Positions 37,613 through 47,894 of a stretch of DNA of 64,000 bases are shown one piece after another. A program made the position numbers and the translations under genes. Numbering within the stretch: the stretch's first letter is position 1; every line of letters begins with the position of its first letter. Origin of the DNA: Minisyncoccota bacterium (lineage in GTDB: Bacteria; Patescibacteriota; Minisyncoccia; Phycocordibacterales; UBA918); contig JAIPIB010000001.1 of the NCBI GenBank assembly GCA_021734905.1, forward strand, positions 2,230 to 66,229, written 5' to 3'. Below the pieces are notes generated by a model. That model worked only from the letters and a program-made list of their open reading frames with translations. It searched no databases and was not told where the DNA came from.

Positions 37613-37987
37613 TTATGACGGTAACGGCACATACACGTACCCTCTCATAAGGGAAGTGGTTCTACCAAATCGGTCCTGTGCATTAAGAGACATTATTGTG
37701 TAGCCATTTTCAAGAACTAACATTTGTGTAAAACCACCATCTTGATTTGTGTGGATTTCATTACCGTTGAGTGTTAGTTTTACAACGTTATGAGCGTCTC
37801 CAGAAAGCACTATACTGCGTTCATGTTGAATTGGGACGTATTCACCAGTAAGAGAAATGGTTGGGCCAAGGATGATGTTTCTGGCTTGAAACTGTATATA
37901 CAAAGCAAGAAGTACGAGTAAAAGGATACCCCCAATCACACGAATGCTAGTACCAAGTGTTGTTTCCGATATGCCAAAAGGAGCCAT
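37613..37987 (-). CDS. hypothetical small membrane-anchored protein
   Basis: N-terminal TM then beta-rich domain; downstream of ftsK. Confidence 0.35.
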   Translation of the reverse strand: MAPFGISETTLGTSIRVIGGILLLVLLALYIQFQARNIILGPTISLTGEYVPIQHERSIVLSGDAHNVVKLTLNGNEIHTNQDGGFTQMLVLENGYTIMSLNAQDRFGRTTSLMRGYVYVPLPS

Positions 37988-37993
37988 AATTAA

Positions 37994-40162
37994 TTAAACC
38001 TCGTCTTCAGACTCTGAATCTCGAGCACTGTCGATGACTAATCGAGGCCGTGAACCATCTGCAGGGCCAATAACACCACGTTCTTCAAGTACATCCATGA
38101 GTCGTGCGGCGCGTGAGTAGCCGAGGCGGAGTTTTCGCTGAAGGTATGATGTGGATGCTTTTCCAGCTTCAAGTACAGCAAGTCGTGCATCCTCGTAGAG
38201 TTCATCATCATCCTCATCATCACCGATACTTGAAGCAAATATAGAGTCCGAATCGGTCTTGTCGCCAGATGGATCAAGATTGATGGTGTCGAGCTCTTGG
38301 ATGGACTCCTGATCCTTTAGATAGCTCACGACACGCTTCACTTCATCAATGGTCACAAAGGCAGATTGTAAGCGCATTGGTTTTGGACTTTCAGCTGAAA
38401 GGAAGAGCATGTCACCTTGCCCAAGAAGTTTTTCTGCACCGCTTTGGTCAAGGATAGTACGAGAATCAATTTGTGACGCTACTTGGAGTGCAATACGAGT
38501 AGGGACATTGGCCTTAATGAGGCCTGTGATGACGTTCACAGACGGTCGCTGTGTAGAAAGAATGAGGTGAATTCCCACAGCACGACTCATTTGTGCGAGG
38601 CGCACAATACACGCTTCAAGTTCTTTTGGATATGTAGACATGAGGTCTGCAAGTTCATCAATGATGATGACAATGTACGGTAGTGGTTCTGGAAGAGCGT
38701 CACGTTCTTCGTCTGGAGATCCTTTTTCCTCGAAGGCACGTTTTGCTGGATGGTAGATTGTTTCGTGGTAGGTCGCGATATTTTGGACACGTTCTTTTCC
38801 AAGAATATCAAGTCGTCGTTCCATTTCTTTCATTGACCACTTGAGTGCGACGATTACTTTCTTAGCATCAATAATGACGGGAGTAAGGAGGTGCGGAATT
38901 CCATTGTAGAGGGTGAGTTCAATACGTTTTGGATCAACCATAATGAAACGAAGTTGGTCTGGTGAGTTACGGAAGAGAAGTGATATGACGACGTTGTGAA
39001 TCGCAACAGATTTTCCAGATCCGGTCGTACCAGCAATCAGTCCGTGTGGCATGCGTGCAATGTCTGCGAATTGTGCTTCGCCGGTAATATTTTTTCCAAG
39101 CGCAGTAAGGAGTGGTTTCGGTGAGTCAGTATATTCTGGGGAAGAGAAGAGTGACGCGAGTCCGAGTGTCTGCTTTTGTTTATTAGGCACCTCGATACCA
39201 ACAAGTGATTTTCCAGGAATTGGCGCTTCGATACGAATTGGACTTGAAGCAAGGGCGTATTCGAGATTCGTTTGAAGACCGACAATTTTTTCAAGCTTAA
39301 CGCCTTCTGCGGGCTTTATGGCGTATCTTGTGACCGACGAGCCAATAGTTACCGCGTCCATCTCAACATCAATGTTAAATTTCTTTAACGTCCGTTTAAT
39401 GGTGTTCGAGTTTGCTTTTACGTCACCAACATCAGGTTTCCCCTTGTCTTTATGTAAAAGAGAGAGTGGGGGTGCGGCATATGTCCCTCGGAAGCTTGAA
39501 ACAACAAACTCAGCCCCAGTTGCGCGACTAAGAATCTTCTCAGCAAGAGATTTCTTTTTGGGAGCAGCTTCATCAGCTGATTCAGCTTCCTCATTTTCCT
39601 GTTCGGATTCCTCGGAGTCTGTTGCGGGGAGGTTAACAATAGGTTCAGTGTCTTCGAGGTCCTCGGAATCTTTTCTTTGGAAGAGATGAAGGAAATTTGT
39701 GTTGAATGTAAGGAAGAGACCAACCATAAATAGTGCTACGAGGATGATTCCTGTAACAACACCTCCGAAGAGACTCGTGAGAGGTCGAAATACAATGGTT
39801 CCGAGAGCACCACCTTCTGAAAATGACAACTCAAGAAGAGCGAGAGCTGCGAGAAAGGCAAGAGAGATTCCTACTATTTTAGAACCACTGACACGGTTGT
39901 CTTCTCGAGGCTTTAAAAATACATAGACGAGAAGAGAACAGACAATTGGCGCAAGGACAAACCCATACCCAAAGAGGTAGTAAAGTGCATCATGTGTCAT
40001 CTCTCCTGCAATACCCGCATACCCGAGTGATGAAAAGATAAAGAAAATAGCAAGGACGACAAAGAAAATAGCAACAATTGCTTGTTTCGTGTGAGGGGAA
40101 AGATCGTCAAAAAATGAACCTTGTATTTGTGAAGCTGAATTTTGTTTGCGCCGCTTAGCCAT
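37994..40162 (-). CDS. ftsK: DNA translocase FtsK/SpoIIIE
   Basis: N-terminal TM domain, acidic linker, Walker A GTTGSGKS, C-terminal gamma wHTH (..SYLQRKLRLGYSRAARLMDVLEERG). Confidence 0.9.
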   Translation of the reverse strand: MAKRRKQNSASQIQGSFFDDLSPHTKQAIVAIFFVVLAIFFIFSSLGYAGIAGEMTHDALYYLFGYGFVLAPIVCSLLVYVFLKPREDNRVSGSKIVGISLAFLAALALLELSFSEGGALGTIVFRPLTSLFGGVVTGIILVALFMVGLFLTFNTNFLHLFQRKDSEDLEDTEPIVNLPATDSEESEQENEEAESADEAAPKKKSLAEKILSRATGAEFVVSSFRGTYAAPPLSLLHKDKGKPDVGDVKANSNTIKRTLKKFNIDVEMDAVTIGSSVTRYAIKPAEGVKLEKIVGLQTNLEYALASSPIRIEAPIPGKSLVGIEVPNKQKQTLGLASLFSSPEYTDSPKPLLTALGKNITGEAQFADIARMPHGLIAGTTGSGKSVAIHNVVISLLFRNSPDQLRFIMVDPKRIELTLYNGIPHLLTPVIIDAKKVIVALKWSMKEMERRLDILGKERVQNIATYHETIYHPAKRAFEEKGSPDEERDALPEPLPYIVIIIDELADLMSTYPKELEACIVRLAQMSRAVGIHLILSTQRPSVNVITGLIKANVPTRIALQVASQIDSRTILDQSGAEKLLGQGDMLFLSAESPKPMRLQSAFVTIDEVKRVVSYLKDQESIQELDTINLDPSGDKTDSDSIFASSIGDDEDDDELYEDARLAVLEAGKASTSYLQRKLRLGYSRAARLMDVLEERGVIGPADGSRPRLVIDSARDSESEDEV

Positions 40163-40441
40163 GCTGAAGTCTAATTCTTATGAATGCAATGAAGTATAAA
40201 ATTTGATCGTCTACGGATAACGATTGTATGCAATTTCTATGAGCAATAGAACTCTAATTCTACTTCATTAATTCTCCTAATAATTTCTTTAGAGTATTTA
40301 GTAATTATACAGTATAGCTGCGGCAAACTATAAAGGTAAACTGTCAAAAAAAGATCATCAAAGACCCCTTTTCATATAAGACAAAAAGGCGTATACTGGT
40401 CTTAAATGTGTCCGATATTATAAAGTCACCTATACGTCATT

Positions 40442-41143
40442 ATGGAAGTTAAAGAGACATCATTAAGGACTAAAGATCAGTTCAGTATCCTTGAGGATAC
40501 TGAATACTATAAGTATATTTTTAAAAAGACAGAAAAAATGTCATGTGCAGTCTTTTATATTTTACGGTCAGACCCAACTAACAGACAAACAGACAGTGTC
40601 GTGAATGACCTTGAAACTGCAGCGCAGGACCTATTGGACGCATCACTTGAGTCTTTAAGAAGTACGTCAAGCACTATAGAGAAGAAAGCAATGAACGTAA
40701 GGTATATGCTTATGCGCTTTGAGTCCAAATTGCGTGTTGCTCACGCTGCCAGACATCTTAGTGTAGACCTTCTCGAGGTCTTTCTCCATGAAATTGATTC
40801 TGTCCAAAGATCACTTAAAAAATACACAGAGCCAAGCGCTCGAAACCCACTTGAGGTCGCTGAAATACAGTACGAGAATGCGCGTGGCAAGCGGACAATG
40901 CGTGCGCGAATCGAGACGGCGATCCAAAAAGATGACATGGGTACTGAACAGGTGATTGTGGGGAGGCGTGAGAGAGTCCTCTCTGTCCTGAAGGACAAAG
41001 GGGAGGCGACAATAAAAGACATTGTGGGTGTCGTGACTGACTGTAGCGAAAAGACAATTCAAAGGGAACTCACGAGTCTTATAAAGGACAATGTAATACT
41101 TCGTGAAGGCGAAAGAAGGTGGAGTAAATACAGGCTTTTGTAA
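40442..41143 (+). CDS. hypothetical protein with C-terminal winged-helix-like DNA-binding region
   Basis: C-terminal ..VLSVLKDKGEATIKDIVGVVTDCSEKTIQRELTSLIKDNVI.. HTH-like pattern; moderately GC-rich. Confidence 0.35.
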   Translation: MEVKETSLRTKDQFSILEDTEYYKYIFKKTEKMSCAVFYILRSDPTNRQTDSVVNDLETAAQDLLDASLESLRSTSSTIEKKAMNVRYMLMRFESKLRVAHAARHLSVDLLEVFLHEIDSVQRSLKKYTEPSARNPLEVAEIQYENARGKRTMRARIETAIQKDDMGTEQVIVGRRERVLSVLKDKGEATIKDIVGVVTDCSEKTIQRELTSLIKDNVILREGERRWSKYRLL

Positions 41144-41845
41144 AAGACGTATTCTTCAACTATGATGGACACACACTTTTTCCGTGACCTTAATCTTTTA
41201 TATCTGTCTTTGATTATTTCAATTGTCCGATTAGGTTGGGTATAAAAATTGTTCTTCAGGTAAGCGGTAAGAAATACTGATTGTAAGCGTCATAATCACA
41301 TAGAGAGGGGTATGTTAGGTTGACTTTGTTCGCCTAGAAACGTATGCTCTCTATCAGATTTTGTATCTATATATGTGTTACTTATACACATATTCACATA
41401 CAAGATAGGTATACACGATGAACTGTTTTGTATACTATGGTCATATGCGCTTCGCTGCGCCCTTTTTTGAAGAAAGGTTGAGATAATTTTAGAGATTATA
41501 TCAACGCTTTAAAATGAGGGATTGCTTAGAAGAGGTGCGTATTAGCTCTTTGACAACGCGGATGATTTTCATACCGCTACATATAATATGTACGTTCAAA
41601 ACAGATCTCAATCTTCATTAGGTTTTGGTTTGTTTGTATTTCAGAATCACCTTATTCCTCTTTGGTCAGTAAAAGAAAAGTATTTCCAACTGGAACTCGT
41701 AACTATCCTATAGCAGGTGGGGTGTCGACCCAAAAAACACCTCTATAGGCTAGTGATATTGGTGAGCAATTCTTCGACGGGTTGCTCGCAAATAAGAATT
41801 AATTCTTATTATTAGATTAACGTTATTTATACGTAATTCATTATT

Positions 41846-43759
41846 ATGAATATTATTGCAAACAACGTTGCTTCAAAGCTCTTCGTAGCTTTTGTAGCAG
41901 CAGCTATGCTTGTTATGCTTGTGGCACCTTCAGCGAAGGCAGCAACAGCTGACGAGCTCCAAGCACAAATCACTGCCCTTATGGCACAAATCGCAGCCCT
42001 TCAAGGTTCAACTGATGCTTCAGCATCAGCTGCATGTACATTTACTCGATCTCTTACAGATGGTTCAGAAGGAGCTGATGTAAAGTGTCTACAAGACTCT
42101 CTTACACCTACATACTTCAACTTCGCTGGTGGTTCAACTGGTTACTTCGGTTCAGTTACCAAATCAGCAGTTGCAGCATGGCAGGCAGCTAACGGTGTAG
42201 CACCAGCAGTTGGATACTTCGGTCCTGTTTCACAGGCTAAGTACAATGCTATGATGGCAGCAGCACCAGTAGTAACTACACCAGATACAGATGATTCTGA
42301 TTCATCAGATGATTCTTCAACTTCACTTTCAGGTGAGGCTTCACTTAAGGATTTCCAAATCGACACAGCGAGTGATGACACTATCGAAGAGAGCTCAAAC
42401 GATCAAGAGATCGGAGTTGCTACAGTTGAATTCCAGAACGGTGACGCAAGAATCACACGTATGGATGTACGACTTAGTGGAGTTGAGAAGGTGTGGAACA
42501 TTTTCGATGAAGTTGCCATCGTGGTTGATGGTGACGAAGTCGCACGAATGGATGCATCTTCAAAGGGTGATTACATCAATACTTCAGGAAACGCAGGAAC
42601 ACTTCGTTTCTCCAGTCTTGACCTCGTAGCAGTGGAAGACGAAGAAGTAGAAATTACCATTATTGCAAGTGTCAACAATGTTGACACAGCTGACCTCGGT
42701 ACATACACCGTTGCAGTTCAGTCAATGCGATTTGTTGACGGTACTGACGTAACAAGTACTCTTGATTCTACAGACGATTCAGATATTACTTCAACTGTTA
42801 ACTTTACCATTGCAGTAGCAGGTGGAGATGACGAAATTGTCGTAAAGTCATCATCTGTCAATCCAGATGGAACAACTCTTGAATTGAAAAATAATGCGAA
42901 GTCAGACTGGTACAATGTGTTCACGTTTGATCTCGATACTGATGATTCGGTAAATGATATCGAACTTACAACAGTTGTTGTACACTTGGCTTTCAGTTCA
43001 TCAACATACGCTACATTTGTTGATAAAGCAGAGCTTGTTATCGATGGGACAACTATCGATAGCGTTACTGCTTCAACTTCAGGAATGGCAACAGACCTTA
43101 CCTTCGATGTTGATGGAGATGTTACTATCGATGCAGGAGATCGAGTTGCTGCAAAGCTTAACCTACAATTCAAGTCACTTGCACTTGGAAATGAGGGTGT
43201 GACTGTTACAGGATCTGTAACAGCAGCAAACCGAGCACTTATCGATGCAGTAGGAGCTGACGACCTTGCAACGTCACAGCTCTCAGGTGCTGCAACAGGA
43301 GACCCAATGACACTTCGAACATCTGGAGTTACTGTTGAGAAGGTCAGTATGGCTTCAGCTGTAACTACTGGAACTAATGATGATGATGATTATGCAACAT
43401 ACACTCTTACGTTTAAGGTTACTGCCTTCAACCAGGATGTATACATCTCAACATCTCCAGCTACAGCAGTCACTTACACAGTTGAGGATGGATCTAGTGT
43501 AGCAACAACTTCTGCTACAACAGCTACATTTTCTTCAACAGGTGATGAAGTAGGCTCATCATTTGAGGTCGCTGAAGGTTCAGCTGAAACCTTTACCCTC
43601 AAGGTAACGTACGACCCAACAGTTACTACAAGTACTGATGCGCGAGTACAACTTGAGACACTTATCTTTGGTTCAACATCTGGAACGCCAACAGGTCAGA
43701 CCTGGACAGCGTCACCTGATACAGATTACCGAACAGCTGTTGAAACAATCGTTAACTAA
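41846..43759 (+). CDS. secreted cell-surface (S-layer-like) protein with PG_binding_1-type peptidoglycan-binding domain and acidic T/S/D-rich beta region
   Basis: Signal peptide ..LVAPSAKA, coiled segment, GADVKCLQDSL..GYFGSVTKSAVAAWQAANG.. (PGBD1 pattern); strongly biased codon usage suggesting high expression. Confidence 0.5.
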   Translation: MNIIANNVASKLFVAFVAAAMLVMLVAPSAKAATADELQAQITALMAQIAALQGSTDASASAACTFTRSLTDGSEGADVKCLQDSLTPTYFNFAGGSTGYFGSVTKSAVAAWQAANGVAPAVGYFGPVSQAKYNAMMAAAPVVTTPDTDDSDSSDDSSTSLSGEASLKDFQIDTASDDTIEESSNDQEIGVATVEFQNGDARITRMDVRLSGVEKVWNIFDEVAIVVDGDEVARMDASSKGDYINTSGNAGTLRFSSLDLVAVEDEEVEITIIASVNNVDTADLGTYTVAVQSMRFVDGTDVTSTLDSTDDSDITSTVNFTIAVAGGDDEIVVKSSSVNPDGTTLELKNNAKSDWYNVFTFDLDTDDSVNDIELTTVVVHLAFSSSTYATFVDKAELVIDGTTIDSVTASTSGMATDLTFDVDGDVTIDAGDRVAAKLNLQFKSLALGNEGVTVTGSVTAANRALIDAVGADDLATSQLSGAATGDPMTLRTSGVTVEKVSMASAVTTGTNDDDDYATYTLTFKVTAFNQDVYISTSPATAVTYTVEDGSSVATTSATTATFSSTGDEVGSSFEVAEGSAETFTLKVTYDPTVTTSTDARVQLETLIFGSTSGTPTGQTWTASPDTDYRTAVETIVN

Positions 43760-43806
43760 CGTTAACCCTTGTTCTAACAATGTGACGTAAGTCAGAGTTA
43801 GGTAAG

Positions 43807-43838
43807 GAAAAACCCGACACGAAAGTGTCGGGTTTTTC
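43807..43838 (+). terminator. intrinsic terminator (aacccgacac-gaaa-gtgtcgggtt + TTTTT)
   Basis: seen in sequence. Confidence 0.8.
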
Positions 43839-44025
43839 TGTTGTCACAATTTATCCCTAACAGGACCGACCTGTTTATTGTTAGAGCCCGACCTCCGGGT
43901 GTTATGTTGGGGGTACGGTTTTCTTTATTCAGATGGGCAATACATTTTTGTGTCATTGGGTGTTAATATTTTATTTAGGTTTAATTTAAATAAAATAGAT
44001 ACAGCGTGTTGCATTATGTCTATAT

Positions 44026-46401
44026 ATGTTTAATAAATTTCTTAGAATAGGTGCAATTCTCGGGTTTGGTATTTTATTGGTAGTTCCATCGTATTCACAT
44101 GCGCAAGTAGCTTGTGGAAATATTGTCGAAATCTATTACGGAGATAGATATGAATCGCCAATTGAAGATTGTTTTAATCCATTTGGGCTCGTTACCATAA
44201 ATCCTGACGTCAGTGTCGCTCTTAGTGATACTGACATTACCGAAGCTGGAGAATATCCATTCCTTGGAACGACGCAAAGTCTGGATATTAAAGGATCTTC
44301 CGCATTTTCCGCTTATGCTGAACTCTATTTTCATGATGGACAAGATTACCTAATGATAGATGAGACAGGAAATAATCAGTATTCTTTTACAGAACAGGGA
44401 ACTTATACACTCGTTATTTATGAAATGGATCAGCCAATGGTCTCGCAGAGGTCATTGTTCCAAAAAGCAATTTATTTTCTCACTCCACAAGCATTTGCGT
44501 ATTTTGATGGTCCATCACTCGTCATAACATTTACCGTTACTGAAGTGACACCTGAAGGCATCTCCAACATCCTCTTCCTCCCAGGCATTCAAGCAAGTAG
44601 GTTGTATACAGACGAAAATGGGAATGAACGAAAGCTGTGGGAACCAATAGGGGACAGTGATGTGGAGCTTCTCAGAATGACAGAAAATGGTGAAAGTATT
44701 GCAGATGTGTACACAGAGGATGTTGTTGATGAAATCGGAGGTATTGCACTCGGAGGAAACATATATAAAGGATTTTTAGAATATCTTAAAAATATAGATG
44801 GAGTATTAAAAGGACCTCTTGTTGAAACATATCCATATGATTGGAGACATGATGTTTTTGATATTGTGGATAAAGGCACGAAAATGAGTAATGGCGCCTT
44901 TAAGACACCGATTTCTTCGATTGAATTTCTCGCGGGTACTTCACCGACTCATAAGGTAACCCTCATTGCACACTCAAACGGTGGTCTACTTGCGAAAGCT
45001 ATCATGTTAAAACTTAAAGAAGAAGGAAAGACGGATCTCGTCGATAAGGTGATTTTTATCGCCACACCGCACATAGGTACTCCAAAGGGACTCGCCGCTA
45101 TTCTTCATGGATTTGATCAGGAACATTTGGGAGGCCTTATTTCGAGTGATGAAAAAGTTCGTTCAGTGATGAAAAATATGCCTGGTGTGTACGGACTTCT
45201 CCCGAGTGAATCCTTTGTGGGGACACTTGCGGAGCCAATGATATCTTTTGATGGCTCAGATACTGCAAAGATTTTTAGAGATAAATATGGGTTCACCATA
45301 TCAAACATGACTGAATACACCGATTTTCTCAGTGGTATGGAAGGAAGGGGAGATGCTGGAAATAGTATTAATGAGCCCGGTATAGCAAATCAATCAATGC
45401 TCGAGGCCGCATTAACAGAACATAGGGATAAGCTTGATACGTGGAGTCCGCCAGGAGGGGTAGAAGTATTCAATATCGTCGGTACAGGACTTGCAACGCC
45501 GAAATCAATTGAGTATAGAGAATTTATGGAGACAGACTGTAATACAGACCAAAGTATATGTATTCCAAAAGGAAAGATAGAGCCTGTTTTGCATTTTACG
45601 AGTTATGGGGATGAGACTGTTGTTTCGAGGTCGGCTGGAGATACTCAAGAAGGTAGTAAGTATTATTTTGATATAAGTTCTTCTAGAAAGGAATCTCCCT
45701 CATTTATTAAGTACACACATGCCAATATCACTGAAGATGGGACAATTCAAAGCGTAATTGACCACATTCTACACGCATCAAGCACCCAAGAAATTGAGTT
45801 TGTATCAGAAGATGAACCAACGTTTACAAATAATACAGATATCCTTACGATTCATTCGCCAGCGCGCATCTATCTTCGTGATATTGACGGGAATATTACT
45901 GGAAGAACTATGAGGGACGGTAATTGGTATTCGGAGATACCAGAGAGTGATTATTTTGAGGCTGGTGGCATAAAGTACGTACTCGTACCAAGTAACACTT
46001 CGTACGAGGTTGTGATTGAAGGAGAGGGAGAAGGGGTGTACACCAATATCATTTCACAACTTCAGGGAGACACAGAAGGAGTTTTGCATAGTTTTGTAGC
46101 AACAACTTCGCCGACTATGATTACGCATTACCAGAAAGTTGATGGCATATTTAGTACTGTTACTGTAGATACAAATGGTGATGGGAAGATTGATATGGAG
46201 ATGACTCAGGATGGTACTATAATTACTAAAGAAGATGATGATTGTAAAGACCGTGGGGACAAACACCCGCAGGAAGATAAGAAGAAAAAAAAGAAGTGCA
46301 AGGTAAATAAGAAGGAGGACTCTTACAAGGAGGAGAAAGATAAAAAGGAGAATGAGAAACCCAGAAAGAATAAAAGAAATGGAGCGAAGAAAGATCGTTG
46401 A
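44026..46401 (+). CDS. secreted LCAT-like lipase/acyltransferase (alpha/beta hydrolase) with poly-Lys C-terminal tail
   Basis: Signal peptide; YDWR motif and IAHSNGG nucleophile elbow typical of lecithin:cholesterol acyltransferase-like family; C-terminus KKKKKKCKVNKKED.. Confidence 0.6.
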   Translation: MFNKFLRIGAILGFGILLVVPSYSHAQVACGNIVEIYYGDRYESPIEDCFNPFGLVTINPDVSVALSDTDITEAGEYPFLGTTQSLDIKGSSAFSAYAELYFHDGQDYLMIDETGNNQYSFTEQGTYTLVIYEMDQPMVSQRSLFQKAIYFLTPQAFAYFDGPSLVITFTVTEVTPEGISNILFLPGIQASRLYTDENGNERKLWEPIGDSDVELLRMTENGESIADVYTEDVVDEIGGIALGGNIYKGFLEYLKNIDGVLKGPLVETYPYDWRHDVFDIVDKGTKMSNGAFKTPISSIEFLAGTSPTHKVTLIAHSNGGLLAKAIMLKLKEEGKTDLVDKVIFIATPHIGTPKGLAAILHGFDQEHLGGLISSDEKVRSVMKNMPGVYGLLPSESFVGTLAEPMISFDGSDTAKIFRDKYGFTISNMTEYTDFLSGMEGRGDAGNSINEPGIANQSMLEAALTEHRDKLDTWSPPGGVEVFNIVGTGLATPKSIEYREFMETDCNTDQSICIPKGKIEPVLHFTSYGDETVVSRSAGDTQEGSKYYFDISSSRKESPSFIKYTHANITEDGTIQSVIDHILHASSTQEIEFVSEDEPTFTNNTDILTIHSPARIYLRDIDGNITGRTMRDGNWYSEIPESDYFEAGGIKYVLVPSNTSYEVVIEGEGEGVYTNIISQLQGDTEGVLHSFVATTSPTMITHYQKVDGIFSTVTVDTNGDGKIDMEMTQDGTIITKEDDDCKDRGDKHPQEDKKKKKKCKVNKKEDSYKEEKDKKENEKPRKNKRNGAKKDR

Positions 46402-46431
46402 GTTATAAGTAAATAAACTAATAAAGTAGTT

Positions 46432-46839
46432 ATGAATAAAGAAAAGAGACATAATTTTTATGCGATTTTTGTCACAGCAGTAGTTCTCGCTGGTATTTAT
46501 TTGATGTTCAAATTGAGCTTCTTTGATTCTTGGAGTCCAGAAATAATTTCAGATATAGTTAATCCTTTATATTTTGGCCTTTTGGCACTCATACCGACGC
46601 TTATGTTTCTCTTGTTCTTCATGGGGAGACTTTTTATCTTGTGGATCAAACATGTTGCATGGTGGTTCTTTGCATTTACAGTTCTTATGGTCGGAAATAC
46701 ATCTCAAGGCGGATTTCTCCCACTTTACGATAAGGTACAGGTCGCGCTTTTTTGGATGGCAATTCTCTTCATTGTTACCGTTGTCTATGCTCTTATTATG
46801 AATAAGAGATTAAAGAATGAGAACAAATTGTTTGCTTAA
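46432..46839 (+). CDS. hypothetical 4-TM membrane protein
   Basis: hydrophobic helices only. Confidence 0.35.
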   Translation: MNKEKRHNFYAIFVTAVVLAGIYLMFKLSFFDSWSPEIISDIVNPLYFGLLALIPTLMFLLFFMGRLFILWIKHVAWWFFAFTVLMVGNTSQGGFLPLYDKVQVALFWMAILFIVTVVYALIMNKRLKNENKLFA

Positions 46840-46992
46840 CAAACCATTTGTTAGTTTGAATAGAGGCGCGGTATACTAATAGTAATGTTTAATAAAACAT
46901 TTTATCGATTTTTATTTGGATTTTTAACAATCATCGCCGCTGTGCTCGTAGTCATTTTAATAGTTGGGTCAAGTCAGAGTAATTAATGTCAT

Positions 46993-47472
46993 ATGCGAAT
47001 CACTGATCAATATTTTTGGAATTTTGTTTTTCTGGTTTTCTTTCTTATCTTGGTATTTATGGGAATGGTTGTTCTTGATAGTGAAGCATATAAAGTGTAT
47101 TCAGAATTAACATTTGTTGATTTTACACTCATGACACTTGCTACATTTCGAGTCATACGGCTTTTTACGCATGACAAAATCACTGCTTTTTTCAGGGAAC
47201 AATTTTATGACGCAACTGAGTCGAGAGGGAAGGTAATACTTATTAAACCAGCAAACGGGCCACGTCGTACTATTGCAGATCTTCTTTCTTGTCCATGGTG
47301 TTTTGGTGCGTGGGCAAGTGCTGTCGTTGTGTTTCTTTATCTTCTTACTCCGTATGCATTTTTCCCGATTATGTTTTTGGCGATTGCAGGAGTTGCTACT
47401 TTTATTCACCTACTCGCGAGTGTTGTCGGCTGGAAGGCAGAGCAGACAAAGATGGATGTGGAAGGGGGGTGA
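46993..47472 (+). CDS. hypothetical membrane protein (DUF1360-like, CPWCFGAW motif)
   Basis: LSCPWCFGAWASAVV motif flanked by TM helices. Confidence 0.35.
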   Translation: MRITDQYFWNFVFLVFFLILVFMGMVVLDSEAYKVYSELTFVDFTLMTLATFRVIRLFTHDKITAFFREQFYDATESRGKVILIKPANGPRRTIADLLSCPWCFGAWASAVVVFLYLLTPYAFFPIMFLAIAGVATFIHLLASVVGWKAEQTKMDVEGG

Positions 47473-47529
47473 GTAAGGCATATTCTAGAGTCGTGAGGGT
47501 TCTTTTTGCCGGAAGATACATGCCAAAGA

Positions 47530-47612
47530 AATATCGCGATTAATCGCGATATTTTTTTTAGAGGGTTATGAAAAGCAGCAAAGGCCAAAGGCCTTTGCTG
47601 CTTTTCATTTTT
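47530..47612 (+). terminator. tandem intrinsic terminators (atatcgcgat-taa-tcgcgatat+T8; aaaagcagcaaaggcc-aaa-ggcctttgctgctttt)
   Basis: two perfect hairpins each followed by T-runs. Confidence 0.75.
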
Positions 47613-47799
47613 AAAAATTCTGGTATAGTGTTCGTCATACAGACTCATGACAGCTGGTCGTATATCGAAAAGGATATACTATAATGAACCGTTTGGTTTG
47701 CCAGCCGAAGTCCCTTCTCTTTTAAGGTTGGGGGTCGAAACTCAAGTCTGTACCACGCATTTGCTTGGTACGTCTGTGTCCAAAAAATAAGAAGCGGAA

Positions 47800-47866
47800 G
47801 CGACTATATTTTTTGAGACCGTCTTGAAATTCTATTTATAATGAATTTCAAGACGTACATACTTTA
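47800..47866 (+). repeat. REP-like element (5' box agcgactatattttttgag + perfect 12-bp hairpin gtcttgaaattc/gaatttcaagac, loop TATTTATAAT) upstream of rplJ
   Basis: seen in sequence. Confidence 0.65.
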
Positions 47867-47894
47867 TTTTTCAAAGAAGTATAAATTAAAAAGC

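Noticed and set aside
37052-37618. 188-aa + strand ORF containing the duplicated peptide [13 protein letters not shown]
   Set aside because: It runs antisense through the recA 5' end and across the tandem leader repeats. The repeated peptide simply reflects the DNA repeat, and the same artefact appears in the 48392-48574 minus-strand ORF.
47640-47799. Ribosomal L10 (rplJ) autoregulatory leader
   Set aside because: This is a plausible location (between the tandem terminators and rplJ), but I cannot verify the characteristic L10-binding kink-turn structure by eye. The region is dominated by a REP-like element, so it is not called.
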